Shown here: positions 62,589 through 64,000 of the stretch, piece by piece
Numbering within the stretch: position 1 is the stretch's first letter
Layout of the letters: every line of letters starts with the position of its first letter
Assembly: GCA_035221665.1 (NCBI GenBank)
Contig: JAVHYY010000297.1
Location: 124,001-188,000 of the forward strand
Direction: 5' to 3'
Length of the DNA stretch: 64,000 nt
Source of the DNA: Okamejei kenojei
Lineage: Eukaryota
The notes under the pieces: generated by a model
What the model was told of the DNA's origin: nothing
What the model saw: only the letters and a program-made list of their open reading frames with translations
Database searches by the model: none
Position numbers and translations under genes: made by a program

Positions 62589-64000
62589 CTGGAATCGAAA
62601 CAGAAAGAGAAAAGCTACTGTTGATAAATTCGGGATTTAATGTGTTGTGCTTGGATGGAAAATTCCACTTGCAATTGATGTCATAAGCTATTGACACGGA
62701 AAGGTCGAACGCTACGAGTTTGGGAACAGGACACGGTGTTCGAGACAGTCTTGGCAACGGCGCTGACTGATTGCGTGCCTTCTGAATATTTACCAATGCC
62801 CGCTGCACGTCAATGGGTTGCACTCTTGCTCTCTTGTTCGCTTGCCAATATCCCTGACGCGTTCTCGCTCAATCCCAATCTATTTATTTCTACATTTTGT
62901 TTACTGACATCTCGCTGTCTCTCTCCCCCTCCCTCTCACCCTCCCTCTCTCCCCCCCCCCCTCTTTATCCCTGTCCCCCTCCCTTGCTCTCTCCCTATCT
63001 CTCTTCCTCCCTCCCGTTTAGAGTACAAACTATGCGAGGAATAGACCGGTGTACAAAATCAGGACAGTAAATGTTCGGGTAGAGGCACAGAGTCTCTTAC
63101 TTCAAGTGCTTGAATCCAGTACCAGAGGACAGAGGTTTAAGGTGAGGGGGGGGGGGGGAGATGTAATAGTAACCCGAGTAACTTTCTCACACAACGGGTT
63201 GTGTGTGGGTGTATGGGACGAGCTGCCGGAGGATGTTGTTGAGGCAGGTATATAGTATTTGGAACATTTAGACAAATGCATACTTTGGACAGGTTTAAAG
63301 GGATACGCGTCAAATGCAGGTAGCTGTGCATAGTATATGACGCCATGACTCTCAGACCGTCATCACTATCGGCAGTACTGAAGGATCTTTGCGCTGACAA
63401 TCCACTTATTTGAATCTCCTCCACCTTGCAGTAACTCCTGAAGTTGCTAGGACAATCGCATCGTTATTAAAGTTATTTAACGTTGTAGAATCAAATAAAA
63501 CGAGTGCGGGTCCTCGCTCTCTCCCGCCGTCCCTACCCCTGCCCCCTCCACCTACAGATAATCACCAGTATAAAGAATCATCCACGGGTCTCTGGTGCTG
63601 GCAGTAACTNNNNNNNNNNNNNNNNNNNNNNNNNNNNNNNNNNNNNNNNNNNNNNNNNNNNNNNNNNNNNNNNNNNNNNNNNNNNNNNNNNNNNNNNNNN
63701 NNNNNNNNNNNNNNNNNNNNNNNNNNNNNNNNNNNNNNNNNNNNNNNNNNNNNNNNNNNNNNNNNNNNNNNNNNNNNNNNNNNNNNNNNNNNNNNNNNNN
63801 NNNNNNNNNNNNNNNNNNNNNNNNNNNNNNGCCTCTCCCCCCCCCCCCCCCCCCACATATAGAAAATCATGTGTTCAGGACTCAGACAACAATCCCCCGT
63901 TGATACATGTCCACCACTAATTCCAGGTTATTCTTTCCACATTCCCATCCCAGCAGGTCCGGCAACTCAACCCCACACACACCAGGAGCGATTAACAGTA

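Larger units (their letters stand above)
51470..64000. repeat. Recent segmental duplication, block 2
   Basis: Partner of 21260-33970; continues past the window end. Confidence 0.95.

Overview
Eukaryotic, repeat-rich DNA, most likely from a cartilaginous fish (skate or ray). This is inferred from CR1 LINEs with (TTTCTATG)n tails, HE1-type tRNA SINEs and Penelope-derived palindromes. The window holds a ~30 kb-period tandem array of a minus-strand, multi-exon Siglec/MAG-like immunoglobulin-superfamily gene: copy A (~27.4 kb down to ~0.3 kb), copy B (~57.4 kb down to ~31 kb) and the 3' end of copy C (~62.6 to 61 kb). Each complete copy splices (GT-AG, all coding junctions phase 1, no stops) as: non-coding exon 1, signal-peptide exon, V-set, C2, C2, MAG-D5-like Ig domain, a putative 6-nt microexon, and a short, uncertain terminal exon (~422-425 aa). 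The V domain keeps the Siglec cysteine signature but has Tyr in place of the essential sialic-acid-binding Arg, and it carries a very aromatic CC' segment (WFKYWYYWKY). I found no transmembrane or ITIM exon, so the products look like secreted, Arg-less Siglec-like proteins. Copy A looks mosaic: its promoter, leader and V exons are near-identical to B, while domains 2-4 are clearly diverged (~73% aa identity for domains 2 and 3) and rich in nonsynonymous change. Introns contain nested CR1s, a Rex1/Babar LINE, a DIRS tyrosine-recombinase retroelement carrying a U2 snRNA fragment, Helitron-like and MITE-like elements, SINEs and microsatellites. Gene models are read by eye and have no transcript support.
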